Part shown: positions 48,695 to 58,871 of the stretch, one piece after another | Layout: each line of letters begins with the position of its first letter | Position numbering within the stretch: the first letter of the stretch is position 1 | Assembly: GCA_964621445.1 (NCBI GenBank) | Contig: CAZUNO010000003.1 | Span: 32,001-96,000 of the forward strand | Source of the DNA: Candidatus Hadarchaeota archaeon | GTDB taxonomy: Archaea > CAYQAE01 > CAYVLA01 | DNA length: 64,000 nucleotides | Direction: 5' to 3' | Position numbers and translations under genes: made by a program | Notes under the pieces: model-generated | Database searches by the model: none | Told to the model about the DNA's origin: nothing | What the model saw: only the letters and a program-made list of their open reading frames with translations

Positions 48695-50044
48695 TCACCC
48701 GCGCCGGATCCTCTTCATGTGCCTTATTCTAGTCTGGACCAGTTCCTCTCTACCAACGTCCCGTCTATAGAAAACCGGTCCCTCGACCCTGCTTATGGCC
48801 CTTTCCGCAATCTTCTCTGCGGATTCCATGTCATCGGCAATTCCCGTACAGGCAAGAGCCCTGGAACTGCTCATGTATATTCCATCCTCGCGCTGGTCAA
48901 CTGAAGCGTAATGAACCAATGCCTCCGTCTCACCAAGACCTCCGATGTCAATCTTCTTGCCCTTCACGGGATTCGTGGGATACCCTTTTGGTGCCAGGTA
49001 CTTGCAGACGGTGGCCTTGTCCTCAAAATCCGGGGATAGCTTTCCTAGGTCGCCCTCTGCCATTGCCCAGCATAACTCCAGGAAATCGGAGCTCAGTATC
49101 GGCAGGACATTCATGGCCTCGGGATCACCCCACCTGGCATTGAACTCCAGGATTTTTGGTCCCTCGGAGGTTAGGGTGAAGCCTCCATAGAGCAAGCCCT
49201 TGAACTCCAGACCCTCTTTTCTCATCGCGTTTACGGTCTTCTCCATCACTTCCATGGCCTTGAAAAAATCGGTTGCAGTCATGAAAGGTAGTAGATGATT
49301 ATGATCAGAAAATGATCCCATGCTTCCGGTGAAAGGCCCGGTATCTCCCTCGTAGGCGAATTTATTGTCCTGGACCAGAGGCGTGGGCAGGACCCTCTTT
49401 CCATCAACCAGTGTTTGAAGGGTGAACTCCTCGCCCTCCAGCTTCTTCTCCACCAAAACCGCCGGTTGACCGCCTATTTGCTCCTCAATGACCCTACGAG
49501 CGTATTCCTTGGCCTCCTCAAGATCCTTCAACTGACCCGTCAAATCCGGGTCGACTATCTTGACGCCCTTTCCACCGGTTAAACCTATGGGCTTGACCAC
49601 CACCGGACCATCCACATCATCAATATATTTCTCGGCTGCATCCGCCTCGATAAACCTCTCCCAGGAATTTTGTCCTGGAACTTGGTATCTATCCATCAAT
49701 GAGCGTGCAAAAAATTTGCTGGTCTCTATGGCGGCCGCCTTGCGGGTTGGACTGGCACACGGCACTCCCTTCTCCTCAATTTCATCGACGACCCCGGCCG
49801 CTAGAGGCTTTTCCGGACCGATTACGGCTAGATCCACCCCTGCCTGCTCAGCAAAGCCTGCCACGGCCTTTCCGTCCGATATGTCCCCTATTTCCAGTTC
49901 ATCGGCCAGGTCAACTATTCCCGGGTTTCTTGCCTCCACGAAGGCGCATAGCTCCGGCTCCTGTGGGCTACTCACTAATGCCTCGCAGATCGCGTGTTCT
50001 CTGGCCCCGTTCCCAACAACTAGTACCTTTTGCATTCCCATCAA
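48695..50044 (-). CDS. purD: Phosphoribosylamine-glycine ligase
   Basis: VGNGAREHA, IGPE.PL..G, ETSK, GGKGV, EFNARWGDPE. Confidence 0.95.
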   Translation of the reverse strand: MMGMQKVLVVGNGAREHAICEALVSSPQEPELCAFVEARNPGIVDLADELEIGDISDGKAVAGFAEQAGVDLAVIGPEKPLAAGVVDEIEEKGVPCASPTRKAAAIETSKFFARSLMDRYQVPGQNSWERFIEADAAEKYIDDVDGPVVVKPIGLTGGKGVKIVDPDLTGQLKDLEEAKEYARRVIEEQIGGQPAVLVEKKLEGEEFTLQTLVDGKRVLPTPLVQDNKFAYEGDTGPFTGSMGSFSDHNHLLPFMTATDFFKAMEVMEKTVNAMRKEGLEFKGLLYGGFTLTSEGPKILEFNARWGDPEAMNVLPILSSDFLELCWAMAEGDLGKLSPDFEDKATVCKYLAPKGYPTNPVKGKKIDIGGLGETEALVHYASVDQREDGIYMSSSRALACTGIADDMESAEKIAERAISRVEGPVFYRRDVGREELVQTRIRHMKRIRRG

Positions 50045-50049
50045 CCCTG

Positions 50050-51450
50050 CTAATTACTTGCTTTCTTAGTTACTTGCTTTTTTCTATCAAGAGGATAATC
50101 ACCGGTTAGGCAGGCCATGCATAAATTCTCTCTGTCCAGGCCTATTGCCTCCACCAGTCCATCGATACTAATATAGCCCAGGGAATCGGCGCCAAGTTTT
50201 TCCCTGATTTCTTCGGTCGAGCGATTGGAGGCCAGCAATTCCTCCCTGGTGGCCATGTCCACTCCCATGTAACATGGCCACTTCAAGGGCGGACAGCCTA
50301 TCCTAACGTGCACCTCGGATGCCTTGCCCCTCGATCTCAATATCCGTACGATCTCCCTTGTGGTGGTCCCCCTAACGATACTGTCATCCATCAACACCAC
50401 CCTCTTTCCCTCGGTTAGCGGCCTAACGGCATTCATCTTAAGCCTGACCGCCTCCTCTCTCATGGATTGCTGGGGCATGATGAATGTCCTCCCGATATAC
50501 CTATTCTTATAGAGGCCCTCCACCGCAGGTATACCGGACTCCTTTGAGAACCCATGTGCCGCAGTCCTCGCCGAGTCCGGCACCGGCACCACTATATCGG
50601 CCTCCACCGGATGTTCCCTTGCCAGGACCCGTCCAATACGCTCCCTAGCTTGAAGAACATACCGTCCGTCAATTACGGAGTCTGGACGGGCGAAATACAC
50701 ATATTCAAACATGCAGTGTGCTTCACTGGTCACGTCGAAGGGCATTATGGTCCTGATTCCATCCTCACTGAATAGAACCACCTCCCCAGGCTTCACATCC
50801 CTTTCAAATCGGCCGCCAGCCGACTCAATTCCCACCGACTCTGATGCGATAAAGTGGGCATCCTCCGAACAACCTATGCAAAGTGGCCTGAACCCAAGAG
50901 GGTCCCTGACCGCCGCCAGCTCACCCCTGCCGGTGAGGATCACCAGGGAATAGGCACCCTGTATCTTCTTCATGGTCTCTACAATGGCGGTCTCAAAATC
51001 GTGTTCGATTAGCTCAATGGCCAACACGTGGGCTATTACCTCGGTATCCGTGGAGGAGGTGAATACATGACCCTGGCGGGAAAGGTCGGCCTTAAGCTGG
51101 TCGTAATTGACGAGATTGCCATTATGAGCTATCGCTATTCCATTCCTGGTGCCACTTATGAGGAATGGATGTGAGTTCTCAGCCGTGGAGCCTCCGGTGG
51201 TCGAGTATCTGTTGTGCCCAATACCGTAGGGCCCGAACAGGCCCTGGAGATCGCCGTTATCGAATACCTCCCTCACCAGACCCAGCTCTCTGTGAATTCG
51301 GAGACCCTCATTATCATAGGTGCATATACCAGAGGCCTCCTGACCTCTGTGTTGGAGAGAGAGAAGCCCGTAGTAGATCGACTTGGCTACCATGGTTCTG
51401 TTATTTCGTGAGTAGGCAGCAAATACTGCACATTTCTCCTTTGGAGACAA
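50050..51450 (-). CDS. purF: Amidophosphoribosyltransferase
   Basis: EKC N-terminal Cys, LQHRGQE, GHNRYST, AHNGNL, DDSIVRGTT, CMACLTGDYP. Confidence 0.96.
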   Translation of the reverse strand: MSPKEKCAVFAAYSRNNRTMVAKSIYYGLLSLQHRGQEASGICTYDNEGLRIHRELGLVREVFDNGDLQGLFGPYGIGHNRYSTTGGSTAENSHPFLISGTRNGIAIAHNGNLVNYDQLKADLSRQGHVFTSSTDTEVIAHVLAIELIEHDFETAIVETMKKIQGAYSLVILTGRGELAAVRDPLGFRPLCIGCSEDAHFIASESVGIESAGGRFERDVKPGEVVLFSEDGIRTIMPFDVTSEAHCMFEYVYFARPDSVIDGRYVLQARERIGRVLAREHPVEADIVVPVPDSARTAAHGFSKESGIPAVEGLYKNRYIGRTFIMPQQSMREEAVRLKMNAVRPLTEGKRVVLMDDSIVRGTTTREIVRILRSRGKASEVHVRIGCPPLKWPCYMGVDMATREELLASNRSTEEIREKLGADSLGYISIDGLVEAIGLDRENLCMACLTGDYPLDRKKQVTKKASN

Positions 51451-51548
51451 GGTCTTCTTCCCGTTAAAACTGCTTGATGCTATGCCCTTTGAAATTCTAA
51501 TAAATCCTACTTCGATAGTAAATCTCCTCGGTAATAGTTAATAGACTT

Positions 51549-52094
51549 TTGATTCGCATCAGAGGTGTGGATCCCTGCTTCTTGGATATAGAGACCACAT
51601 CCCTTTTTGCGGATATAGGGATGCTGGTCTGTGGTTTACTTCGTGAAAAGGAAGTTGAAAGTGCCTTATTCGTTCCTTCCCCCGAAAATGAAAAGGCGGT
51701 AATCGAACAGATTCTGGAAAGGATATCCAAATGTTCCCTAATAGTCACCTTTAATGGAAGGTCATTCGACCTGCCATTTCTCCACTCCAGAGCTATGATC
51801 CTAGGAATAGAAAATATCCCGTGCTTTATGGGTCATCATCTTGACGTCTATGAGCAGTTCAAGAAGAGAATGCGTTTCAGCAAGCTTAGTCTTTCGCACC
51901 TTTCACGCGTGCTCGGTCACCAGACGGATGACCAGTCGAGTGGGAGGGAGATACCTCTCCTTTACCTTCAGTATCTGGCCAGTGGTAATCCAGAGCTCAA
52001 ATCCAGAATACTCGAACACTGCTCATCGGATGTCGATCTGCTCGAAGAACTGTACGCCGATTTAAGGAGCGTTATGGACAAGGAGGATCATTAG
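51549..52094 (+). CDS. YprB-type RNase H-like (DEDD) domain protein
   Basis: FLDIETT, VTFNGRSFDLPFL, HLD, ILEHCSSDV. Confidence 0.85.
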   Translation: MIRIRGVDPCFLDIETTSLFADIGMLVCGLLREKEVESALFVPSPENEKAVIEQILERISKCSLIVTFNGRSFDLPFLHSRAMILGIENIPCFMGHHLDVYEQFKKRMRFSKLSLSHLSRVLGHQTDDQSSGREIPLLYLQYLASGNPELKSRILEHCSSDVDLLEELYADLRSVMDKEDH

Positions 52095-52096
52095 AT

Positions 52097-53344
52097 ATGA
52101 GTCTCAATGTAAAAATACACGGAAGTGGAATGGAGGTCGGTCGGTCCTGTTTAACCATCGACGACAGCGTCATGCTCGATTGCGGAATTTTGATGTCAGA
52201 GGAGGCCAATCCGGCGCCCTCGGATTTCTTTCCCAGGATCAAAAGGCCCCTGGATGTGGAGGACATATTCATATCCCACGCCCACCTGGACCATTCGGGA
52301 TTCCTTCCATTCCTAGTCGACGCCGGTTTCGAGGGAAACGTGTACTGCGTGAAACCGACCAAGGACCTGTTGGCAGTATTATTCACCGATGCCATTGGTC
52401 TGGCCAAGGGTCCATGGGGCGACCTCGATAAATCTCTGGTACATCGGGTTATGGATATCCTCACACCGGTGGAATACGGGGACGAGATCCCAATTACCGG
52501 AGGTAGGGCAAAGTTCTTCCAGAACCATCACATATTGGGCTCCGCAATGACCTTGGTGGAGAAGGATGACCGCAAGATCCTATACACCTCGGACTATAAC
52601 GCGGGGCCAACCAGATGTTTCAAGGGCTCAAAGAGCGAGGTCGAAGCCCACGAGGAACTTAGAAACGCTGACGCACTATTCATGGAATCCACCTACGGGG
52701 ATAAGATGAGGGCCCCACGTGAATTGAGGGAGAACTACATGGTTCACGCCGTCACCGAAAACCTGAATCAAGGTAGACGGGTTTTTCTGCCAAGCTTTGC
52801 ACTTGGAAGGGCCCAGGAGCTGGCCAGAATTTTCGTTTCCAAGAGAGAGGAGATCCCCTACACCAATATCCACGTTGACGGGATGATACGAGAGATGAAC
52901 CGGATCCATTCCCGGTACGACCGTTTCATGGATACGGATTTCCCGCTAATATTCAGAGATGTAACCAGGTCGGTTAGAAGCCAGGCCCTAAACGACCCAA
53001 ACGCAATAATCATCACCACCTCGGGCTTTTGTCAGGGAGGACCGATAAGATTTTACCTTGATAACGCCTCGGAGGGCGACACGGTTATTTTCTCAAGTTC
53101 ATACTTCCCCCGGGGATCAATGGCCGACAGGATACATCTCAATCGGGCATATGACGGTTTGCCACTGAACGTGGAGGTAGTTGACCTTTCGGCCCATTCG
53201 AGTCTGAGGGATTCCATGAAAATGGTCAAGATGCTGAATCCCAAGGTCACCTACACCCTGCATGGCGACCCGGTACCCGAAAAATTCCTTGCCTACCAGG
53301 TGGATGGCTACCCCTTGGTAAACTCCCAACGCATTAAGGTCTAG
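52097..53344 (+). CDS. MBL-fold beta-CASP ribonuclease (aCPSF2-like)
   Basis: EVGRSC, LDCG, SHAHLDHSG, HILGS, ESTYG, FALGRAQE, LSAH, LHGD. Confidence 0.88.
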   Translation: MSLNVKIHGSGMEVGRSCLTIDDSVMLDCGILMSEEANPAPSDFFPRIKRPLDVEDIFISHAHLDHSGFLPFLVDAGFEGNVYCVKPTKDLLAVLFTDAIGLAKGPWGDLDKSLVHRVMDILTPVEYGDEIPITGGRAKFFQNHHILGSAMTLVEKDDRKILYTSDYNAGPTRCFKGSKSEVEAHEELRNADALFMESTYGDKMRAPRELRENYMVHAVTENLNQGRRVFLPSFALGRAQELARIFVSKREEIPYTNIHVDGMIREMNRIHSRYDRFMDTDFPLIFRDVTRSVRSQALNDPNAIIITTSGFCQGGPIRFYLDNASEGDTVIFSSSYFPRGSMADRIHLNRAYDGLPLNVEVVDLSAHSSLRDSMKMVKMLNPKVTYTLHGDPVPEKFLAYQVDGYPLVNSQRIKV

Positions 53345-55161
53345 CTATCTTCCTGGGCGGCCATTAATTGCATTTCGCATAGCTTTTGGTAAAGCCCTTC
53401 CCTGGCCACAAGCTGTTTGTGGGTCCCTTCCTCCACGATCTCTCCTTCATCCATTACCACTATGCGGTCGGCATTCCTGACCGTGGATAGCCTGTGGGCA
53501 ATTACGATGGATGTCCTATCCTGCAACAATTGCTCAAGGGCGGTCTGAATGACCAGTTCCGTGTAGGGATCGACGCTCGATGTAGCCTCGTCAAGTAATA
53601 AGATAGGGGGATCCACCAGCAAGGCTCTGGCAAAGGAAACCAGCTGTCTCTGCCCCACTGAGATGTTCTCTCCCCTCTCCCTGATCATAGTATCATATCC
53701 CGAGGGCAGGCGTTTGATGAACTGGTGTGCCCCCACCATCTCAGCCGCCTCCTCCACCTCCCGGTCGGATGCATCCGGTTTCCCAAAACGTATGTTATCC
53801 CTGACGGTTCCCGAGAACAGAACCGTGTCCTGTAAAACTATGGCCGTGTTTTCCCTTAGCGAATCCAGGGATAGATCACGGACGTCTATGCCGTCAATCT
53901 TTACCGCTCCTTCATCAACATCATAGAATCTGAGAAGCTGGTTCATTACCGTGCTCTTTCCCGCTCCCGTTGGCCCCACAATGGCCAGTGTCTCGCCAGC
54001 CTCAACGTGTAGGTTGAAGTTCTGAAGAACGTCCTGGTCCCGCACGTAGCCAAAGGTCACGTTATCGAAATCAACCACACCCTGCACCTCCCCTAGCTTT
54101 TTAGGATTCTCGCTCTCCATAACCTCCGGGTTATTATCAAGAAGGGTGAAAATCCTCTCCGCAGCGGCGAAGGCCGATTGCAGGCTGTTATAGAACATGG
54201 TCAGATGCATAATCGGATGGAAGAATTGCATAACGTATGATGTGAACATGACCAATACACCCAACTGGATCTCCTCCGTGATGACCGCCAGGGCCCCGAA
54301 ATAATATAGGATGGTCATGCCGACCGCCCCGATAACCGATATCAGGGGGAAGAACATGGAGAACACCTGTGCAGCGTACACATTGGCCCTCAGATTCTCC
54401 ACATTGGCCTGATCGAAGTCCTCGGCGTTTTTTTCCTCCCTAGTGAAGCTCTGGGCGACTCTTACCCCTGATATCGTCTCCTGTAGGTTTGACATAACAC
54501 CGGCTATCTTTTTTCTGGTTCTCCGGTAGGCCCTTCTGGCGATATTCCTGAAACCCAGAGCCGTCAAAATGAGCATTGGGACGGTAACTAGACAATACAG
54601 GGTAAGACGTACATTTATGCTCAGCATTATGCCAATTATCAAGCCTAGCTTGAGGAAATCGCTCATTCTGCTGACCAGGCCAGTGGCGAGCACTTCGTAC
54701 ATGGTGTCCACATCCGAGGTCACCTTGGACATCAAGGTCCCGGCCTCTGACTTATCGTAAAACTCCTTGGACATCTCCAGCAGGTGTCCGAACATCCTGT
54801 TCCTTATATCCCTCATTATGCTATGTCCCATCCAATTCATCAGATAATGCCTGGCAAGGGAGATCAGGTAGGAAGTGATGGCCAGGGCAACCAAACCACC
54901 GGCCACCCAGGCCAATCCCTCAACAGCCGCCGAGGCCTCGATAACCCCCTCGGCAGCGGGGTTGATGTAGTCATCTATAGCCACCTTGAGGAGATATGGC
55001 TGGACAACTCCAAGGACAGAGCCCGAAGAAACCAGGATGACGGATGCGATGAATCGTTTCTTGTAGTCCATTAGGAAGGACCAGAGCCTGGCCATCAGGG
55101 CACGGTCAGGCATCTCACGTTCAAAGCCCTCATCCTCCATCATGTGGTGATGCCTTCTCAT
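53341..55161 (-). CDS. Heterodimeric ABC exporter subunit (TM288-like)
   Basis: TMD plus NBD; GPTGAGKST, degenerate ISVGQ signature, LLLDEATS, AHRLS. Confidence 0.9.
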   Translation of the reverse strand: MRRHHHMMEDEGFEREMPDRALMARLWSFLMDYKKRFIASVILVSSGSVLGVVQPYLLKVAIDDYINPAAEGVIEASAAVEGLAWVAGGLVALAITSYLISLARHYLMNWMGHSIMRDIRNRMFGHLLEMSKEFYDKSEAGTLMSKVTSDVDTMYEVLATGLVSRMSDFLKLGLIIGIMLSINVRLTLYCLVTVPMLILTALGFRNIARRAYRRTRKKIAGVMSNLQETISGVRVAQSFTREEKNAEDFDQANVENLRANVYAAQVFSMFFPLISVIGAVGMTILYYFGALAVITEEIQLGVLVMFTSYVMQFFHPIMHLTMFYNSLQSAFAAAERIFTLLDNNPEVMESENPKKLGEVQGVVDFDNVTFGYVRDQDVLQNFNLHVEAGETLAIVGPTGAGKSTVMNQLLRFYDVDEGAVKIDGIDVRDLSLDSLRENTAIVLQDTVLFSGTVRDNIRFGKPDASDREVEEAAEMVGAHQFIKRLPSGYDTMIRERGENISVGQRQLVSFARALLVDPPILLLDEATSSVDPYTELVIQTALEQLLQDRTSIVIAHRLSTVRNADRIVVMDEGEIVEEGTHKQLVAREGLYQKLCEMQLMAAQEDS

Positions 55162-56987
55162 CTCAGCACCTCCGCGCCCTTATCAGGTACCTCGCCGGAG
55201 GACTGAGCCTCGTATATCTTCCTGTAAACTCCTCCCTTCTCCAAGAGCTCCTGGTGGGTCCCCTCTTCCGCTATCCTCCCGTCCTCCAATACTATGATGT
55301 GACTTCCCTTCCTCATCATCGACAACCTTTGAGTTATGATGAAGGTTGTGCGGTTCTCCAAAAGGGCGTCCAGGGCTTTCTGGATTTCGTATTCAGTCTC
55401 GGTATCCACGCTCGAAGTGGAGTCGTCCAGGATGAGTATCTTGGGATCCATTAGCAGGGCCCGGGCAATGGCTATCCTCTGCTTCTCTCCTCCCGAAAGG
55501 GTTACGCCCCTCTCTCCCACCTTGGTCTGGTATCCATTGGGCATTGAGCGGATGAATTGATCGGCCTCCGCTATCTTTGCGCAGTGGATGATCTCTTCCA
55601 TGTTGGCGTCGGGCTTTCCGTAGGCGATATTCTCCTTGATGGTGGTTGAGAACAGGAAGGTCTCCTGGGGGACTATCCCTATCTCCTCCCGGATGGACTT
55701 CAGCTTCAGGTCCCGTAGGTCATGCCCATCTATCTTCACCGAACCCGAGTCGGGGTCGTAGAATCTTGGGATTAGTTTAATTACGGTGCTCTTGCCGGAC
55801 CCCGTGGCTCCCAACAAAACCACCGTCTCCCCCGGGTCGATGTCGAAGGATACGTTTTCCAAACTAAGTTGATCCTCCCTATAACCAAAGGATACTTGAT
55901 CGAAGGTCACCCTTCCTTCAACATCCTCAATATCGACGGCATCAGGCTTTTCCTGTACGTCCGATTTGGCATCCATTATCTCGAATACCCTCTTGCCGCC
56001 GGCAATGGCATCCCGGTATAGCCTGGTCATGTTCCCAAGCATTCTAAGTGGGCGGATGAGTCTCGTGAGATACATGGTAAAGGCGACCAGTACACCTACC
56101 TTCAGATTCCCGTTTACGACCTGGTATCCCCCATAGATGATTATAATCGCCATACCGATGGTTGACAGTAGGGAGGTCAAGGGTGAATAAATGGCCCTGA
56201 TACGTGCCAGGGTGATCGACAGGTCGAAGTATGACTCGTTCCTCTCCTTGAATTTCCCTAACTGTTCTTTCTGGTGGCCGAATGCGGTTAACACGTCCGA
56301 TCCGGTTAGGCTCTCCTGGAGAACGGAATTCATTCTGCCAAACATATCCCGGCTTTTATACAGAGGCTCCCTGAGAAGAGAAGAATAGCGCCTCATGGCC
56401 AGCACGATGAGTGGCCCGGTGGAAAAGGCCAACACGGTCAGTACCGGGGCTTTCAGTTCGAATACACAGATGAAGAACACCACCACGAAGCCGATCAGCG
56501 CCTGTGATATCATTCTGAACCCAAAGCTGAGAAAGCGGCGGATTAGATTGACGTCCATGGTGGTTCTGGACATGAGTTGACCGGTCTCGGTTTGGTCAAA
56601 GAAGGCGAATGACTTGGACTGTATGCTTTCGTAAATGTCCTTTCTAAGCTCGTAGATTACCTTCTGGGCCACTATCTCCCCCAGGTAACGCTGGAAAAAG
56701 CCGAATAGACCTGATGCGGCGGTAACCGCCACGATCATGCTCGCTAAAAACAGGACCCTGCTCTGGTCCTCGGTCCTTATGGCATCATCTATTATGGTTC
56801 TCACGTAAAGGGCCGGCATGGCGTCCAGTATGGAAACGGAAACCAGGCAGATGACAACCACGATGGAATATTTCCAGTGTTTTATCCAGTAGCCGAAAAG
56901 CCGTTTGAATATTCCGGTACCTCCCTTTACATCTAGATACTCCTCTTGATTTGTTGAGGTTGGAGGTGGACCTGGTGGACCGGGCAA
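55158..56987 (-). CDS. Heterodimeric ABC exporter subunit (TM287-like)
   Basis: TMD plus NBD; GATGSGKST, LSGGE, degenerate Walker B ILDD and switch TQRLS. Confidence 0.9.
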   Translation of the reverse strand: MPGPPGPPPTSTNQEEYLDVKGGTGIFKRLFGYWIKHWKYSIVVVICLVSVSILDAMPALYVRTIIDDAIRTEDQSRVLFLASMIVAVTAASGLFGFFQRYLGEIVAQKVIYELRKDIYESIQSKSFAFFDQTETGQLMSRTTMDVNLIRRFLSFGFRMISQALIGFVVVFFICVFELKAPVLTVLAFSTGPLIVLAMRRYSSLLREPLYKSRDMFGRMNSVLQESLTGSDVLTAFGHQKEQLGKFKERNESYFDLSITLARIRAIYSPLTSLLSTIGMAIIIIYGGYQVVNGNLKVGVLVAFTMYLTRLIRPLRMLGNMTRLYRDAIAGGKRVFEIMDAKSDVQEKPDAVDIEDVEGRVTFDQVSFGYREDQLSLENVSFDIDPGETVVLLGATGSGKSTVIKLIPRFYDPDSGSVKIDGHDLRDLKLKSIREEIGIVPQETFLFSTTIKENIAYGKPDANMEEIIHCAKIAEADQFIRSMPNGYQTKVGERGVTLSGGEKQRIAIARALLMDPKILILDDSTSSVDTETEYEIQKALDALLENRTTFIITQRLSMMRKGSHIIVLEDGRIAEEGTHQELLEKGGVYRKIYEAQSSGEVPDKGAEVLR

Positions 56988-57079
56988 CGATCAATCATTC
57001 CCCTTGCTACTTTCCGAGAGGGATTCTCTATAGTGCGGTATCGAATAGTTCGATTACGATATTATAACTCTTTCCATAA

Positions 57080-57628
57080 TTATGAGCCATTACCCCGTCC
57101 TAATATCAGTTTCACTTTTTCTCGAATTCTGTCCGGCAGAGAATCCCTATTCTGCGGAGTCACGACAACGAGTTCCACATCATCTCTGGACTTGACCTCT
57201 CCCGCAAAACCGGTCGAGGCCCTCTGATGAATTGCAGCCACTACTGGTATAGATAAATCCAGGATCCTCCCCACCTCCTGCCTGAAAACGGGACTTTTCA
57301 TCTCCATGGGCCCTATCTCATCAATCAGGTACAGGTCTACATCCCTACTTAGCGCCTCCTTACTTATCCTCTCCACGTCCCTCAGGTTGACCCCATATCT
57401 CGATATCCTGGGCACATCGGAGGATGCCAGGGACACATGTGATAAGACCCCTCTCTCACCCCTAAGATCGACGATCTCAAACCCCTTTCTCCTTCCTCTT
57501 TCACGGATCTCCGGACAAACGATACCCCCAACCTCAAGCCCCTCCCCTTCCAGCATCTCCGCCGCCCTCTGGAGAACCGTGGTTTTTCCGCAGCCCGGAG
57601 GCCCGGTGATTAACAGATTTACCTTCAT
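57080..57628 (-). CDS. THEP1-family NTPase
   Basis: ITGPPGCGKTT, EIRERGRRKGF, IDEIGPME. Confidence 0.9.
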   Translation of the reverse strand: MKVNLLITGPPGCGKTTVLQRAAEMLEGEGLEVGGIVCPEIRERGRRKGFEIVDLRGERGVLSHVSLASSDVPRISRYGVNLRDVERISKEALSRDVDLYLIDEIGPMEMKSPVFRQEVGRILDLSIPVVAAIHQRASTGFAGEVKSRDDVELVVVTPQNRDSLPDRIREKVKLILGRGNGS

Positions 57629-57707
57629 GCTCCACCTTTATCCACCCTCCTTTTTGCTATTGTGTTAACAGATATTAGCAATGCCAGTGGCCCAAGCGAT
57701 AGGTATC

Positions 57708-58367
57708 ATGATCCTCGGCATCGATGAGAGCGGAAGAGGTCCCGTAATAGGAGACATGGTAATAGCCGGGGTTCTTCTCCCAACCAAGGAATCAGAGCTG
57801 GAATTGGTGAAAAGCGGCGTCAAGGACAGCAAGAAACTCAGTAAGCACAAAAGGGAGGATCTTTTTCCACTCATTCAGGAAATTAGCACCAAGGTGATCA
57901 CCAAGGTCATTAGCGCCAGCCAGGTCGACGAATGGCGTAAGAACAAGGGGAGCCTCAATGACATGGAGGCGAAGTTCTTTTCCCAGGTAATATCAGAGGC
58001 CCCGGCAAGGAGAATCTTCGTCGATTGTTCGGACGTGATCACCGGGACCTTCAGGGAGCGTATGGAACGTTACAAGGGAGGGAATATACAGGGCCTGGTC
58101 TGTCGTCACTTTGCCGATGACACCTTTCCAGTTGTCTCTGCCGCCAGCGTGGTGGCAAAGGTGGTGCGTGACCGAAGAATCTTCCGTCTCAGCCGCTCCT
58201 TCGGCGAGATGGGAAGCGGGTACTGCCACGATCCCCGGACCCTGAGTTTTCTCCAGAACTGGCTTGACGACAATGGCTCCTTTCCGGATTTCGTGCGCAA
58301 GACCTGGTATACGGCCCGCAGACTAAAGGACTCAAGAAACCAGCGGAAGTTAACGGATTGCTTTTGA
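57708..58367 (+). CDS. rnhB: Ribonuclease HII
   Basis: GIDESGRGPVIG, GVKDSKKL, VSAASVVAKV.RD, GSGY..DPRT. Confidence 0.95.
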   Translation: MILGIDESGRGPVIGDMVIAGVLLPTKESELELVKSGVKDSKKLSKHKREDLFPLIQEISTKVITKVISASQVDEWRKNKGSLNDMEAKFFSQVISEAPARRIFVDCSDVITGTFRERMERYKGGNIQGLVCRHFADDTFPVVSAASVVAKVVRDRRIFRLSRSFGEMGSGYCHDPRTLSFLQNWLDDNGSFPDFVRKTWYTARRLKDSRNQRKLTDCF

Positions 58368-58772
58368 TTACAGCTTCCAGAGGTAAATAAATATCGCCGC
58401 TACGATAGCTACCTCGATAACGAAAGGCGTCACCAGGGGATAGAGATTGTAGCCCTGGAAACTCCGCATCTTGTTCTGAAATAGCACCATATAGAATAGG
58501 AAGGCAAATAAAGCGGTGCCAATTATTGATAACACCGAATATTTTAGGTTCCGGGCATAAATACAAAGGAAAGCGAAGAAACCTCCAACCGCCAAGAAGC
58601 CAAGAGTGGCCAGGGCCAGAAGAATCGTCCATACCCAGGTAAGGATGTTCATAAGCCCATCCTCCCCTTCATCATCTTCTTCCTCCGCCAATGCTGGTGA
58701 GATTACTGCTGAAGCGATCAGGATCAAGATGAGGGCAAGATATATGCCGCGCCTTAAGACAGATTTGTTCAC
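58368..58772 (-). CDS. Hypothetical membrane protein
   Basis: Signal-like N-terminus, acidic linker, three TM helices; GGTGGTGA RBS. Confidence 0.6.
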   Translation of the reverse strand: MNKSVLRRGIYLALILILIASAVISPALAEEEDDEGEDGLMNILTWVWTILLALATLGFLAVGGFFAFLCIYARNLKYSVLSIIGTALFAFLFYMVLFQNKMRSFQGYNLYPLVTPFVIEVAIVAAIFIYLWKL

Positions 58773-58871
58773 TGAATCACCACCGAGCGATCATCGATCT
58801 CTCTTAAAATATATTTCGCATAGCCCAAATGAAACGTATTCAAAAGGGTTTGAGAATTAAGACCCGTTATT

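Noticed and set aside
53341-56987. Degenerate catalytic motifs in the ABC pair as a sign of decay
   Set aside because: Matches the known asymmetric consensus/degenerate site pattern of TM287/288-type heterodimeric exporters.
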